Shown here: positions 24,901-25,386 of the stretch, in pieces
Position numbering within the stretch: position 1 is the stretch's first letter
How the letters are laid out: the number at the start of each line of letters is the position of its first letter
Origin: a virus
Taxonomy: Duplodnaviria; Heunggongvirae; Uroviricota; Caudoviricetes
Strand: one strand, 5' to 3'
DNA length: 25,386 nucleotides
IMG/VR virus record: IMGVR_UViG_2563366849_000003
Translations under genes and position numbers: made by a program
Notes under the pieces: model-generated
The model's input: only the letters and a program-made list of their open reading frames with translations
Database searches by the model: none
Told to the model about the DNA's origin: nothing

Positions 24901-25386
24901 TCAAATGGGTAACGAGAACCCCGGCCACACATCAGCGACCAGATACGTGAATTTTTTTCCGTCATAATTTACGGTTGCTCCACGCGCCAGCGCCTCAAGT
25001 TCCCATCGCTGAGGCCAGATGCCGTTCTGAGCAAGGTCAACACGGATACGGGTAATTTGCATACGCTCCGACCGGGTCAGCCTGGCCGATGGCGCTATTT
25101 CATTCGGTTTTAACGGGCTTCCGTTTCTTTGCTGACGGTTTGGTGTTCTCAGGCCGTGTTTTAATGCGCCCCTGAGCGCCCTCACGACCTCCGGGTCATT
25201 CCATTCGATAACACCGTCATCAACCAGATTAAGCACGGCTGCGGCGCGCTCAGAAGGTGTGGGAGCCGGTAACGAAGTATCACCACCGGTGAGCTTTCCA
25301 CAGTTATTGACAGGACTCCGAGGCGCGGCGATGCCGCTTTTTAAAGTCAAAGGCTCAACGACCGGCACTTTCGGCACAATGCGCCA
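24901..25386 (-). CDS. 3' part of a phage early-region gene (possibly the C-terminus of replication protein A or a neighbouring ORF); the 5' end lies beyond the window
   Basis: Minus-strand ORF open to the window edge, with phage-backbone-like GC content and the orientation expected for P2 early genes. No specific identification possible. Confidence 0.4.
   Translation of the reverse strand, partial: WRIVPKVPVVEPLTLKSGIAAPRSPVNNCGKLTGGDTSLPAPTPSERAAAVLNLVDDGVIEWNDPEVVRALRGALKHGLRTPNRQQRNGSPLKPNEIAPSARLTRSERMQITRIRVDLAQNGIWPQRWELEALARGATVNYDGKKFTYLVADVWPGFSLPI

Larger units (their letters stand above)
1507..25386. mobile_element. P2-like (Peduovirus) prophage, apparently defective; extends beyond the window end
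   Basis: Canonical P2 gene order ogr-D-U-T-E-FII-FI-[cargo]-G-H-I-J-W-(L/V)-M-N-O / P-Q-[cargo]-cos with matching protein sizes, an att core at 1507..1533 and a cos sequence at 23988..24006. Confidence 0.9.

Noticed and set aside
1-25386. CRISPR arrays, tRNA or rRNA genes, insertion sequences or transposase genes
   Set aside because: I saw no regularly spaced short repeats, no tRNA-like cloverleaf candidates and no transposase-like ORFs; the only mobile element supported is the P2-like prophage.

Overview
This window is the right-hand junction and most of a P2-like (Peduovirus-type) prophage sitting in an enterobacterial, E. coli-like chromosome. Host DNA is yegQ (1..1362) followed by the sRNA gene cyaR (1447..1533); the 27-bp P2 attachment core lies in the cyaR 3' end (1507..1533), and everything from there to the window end is prophage. 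The phage genes follow canonical P2 order in reverse orientation: ogr, D, U, T, E/E' with its -1 frameshift, FII, FI, a cargo island, G, H, I, J, W, an in-frame L-V fusion ORF, M, N, O on the minus strand, then P and Q on the plus strand, a second cargo island, cos, and the 3' end of an early-region gene. The prophage looks defective: the segment that in P2 carries X, the lysis cassette, R and S is absent and L is fused to V. Two AT-rich cargo islands are the main candidates for an undescribed system. The first (8238..10410, at the P2 Z/fun position between G and FI) holds a 230-aa protein with an N-terminal transmembrane helix, divergent from two small genes, one DUF3606-like. The second (21680..23987, between Q and cos) is a translationally coupled operon of a 477-aa ABC/OLD-type ATPase and a 190-aa Cys/His-rich partner, the architecture of Septu, PARIS or Gabija-class defence systems but with a partner I cannot assign to a known effector family. 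All assignments rest on reading the supplied ORF translations, motif inspection and recalled P2 gene order and protein sizes; no database search was run.
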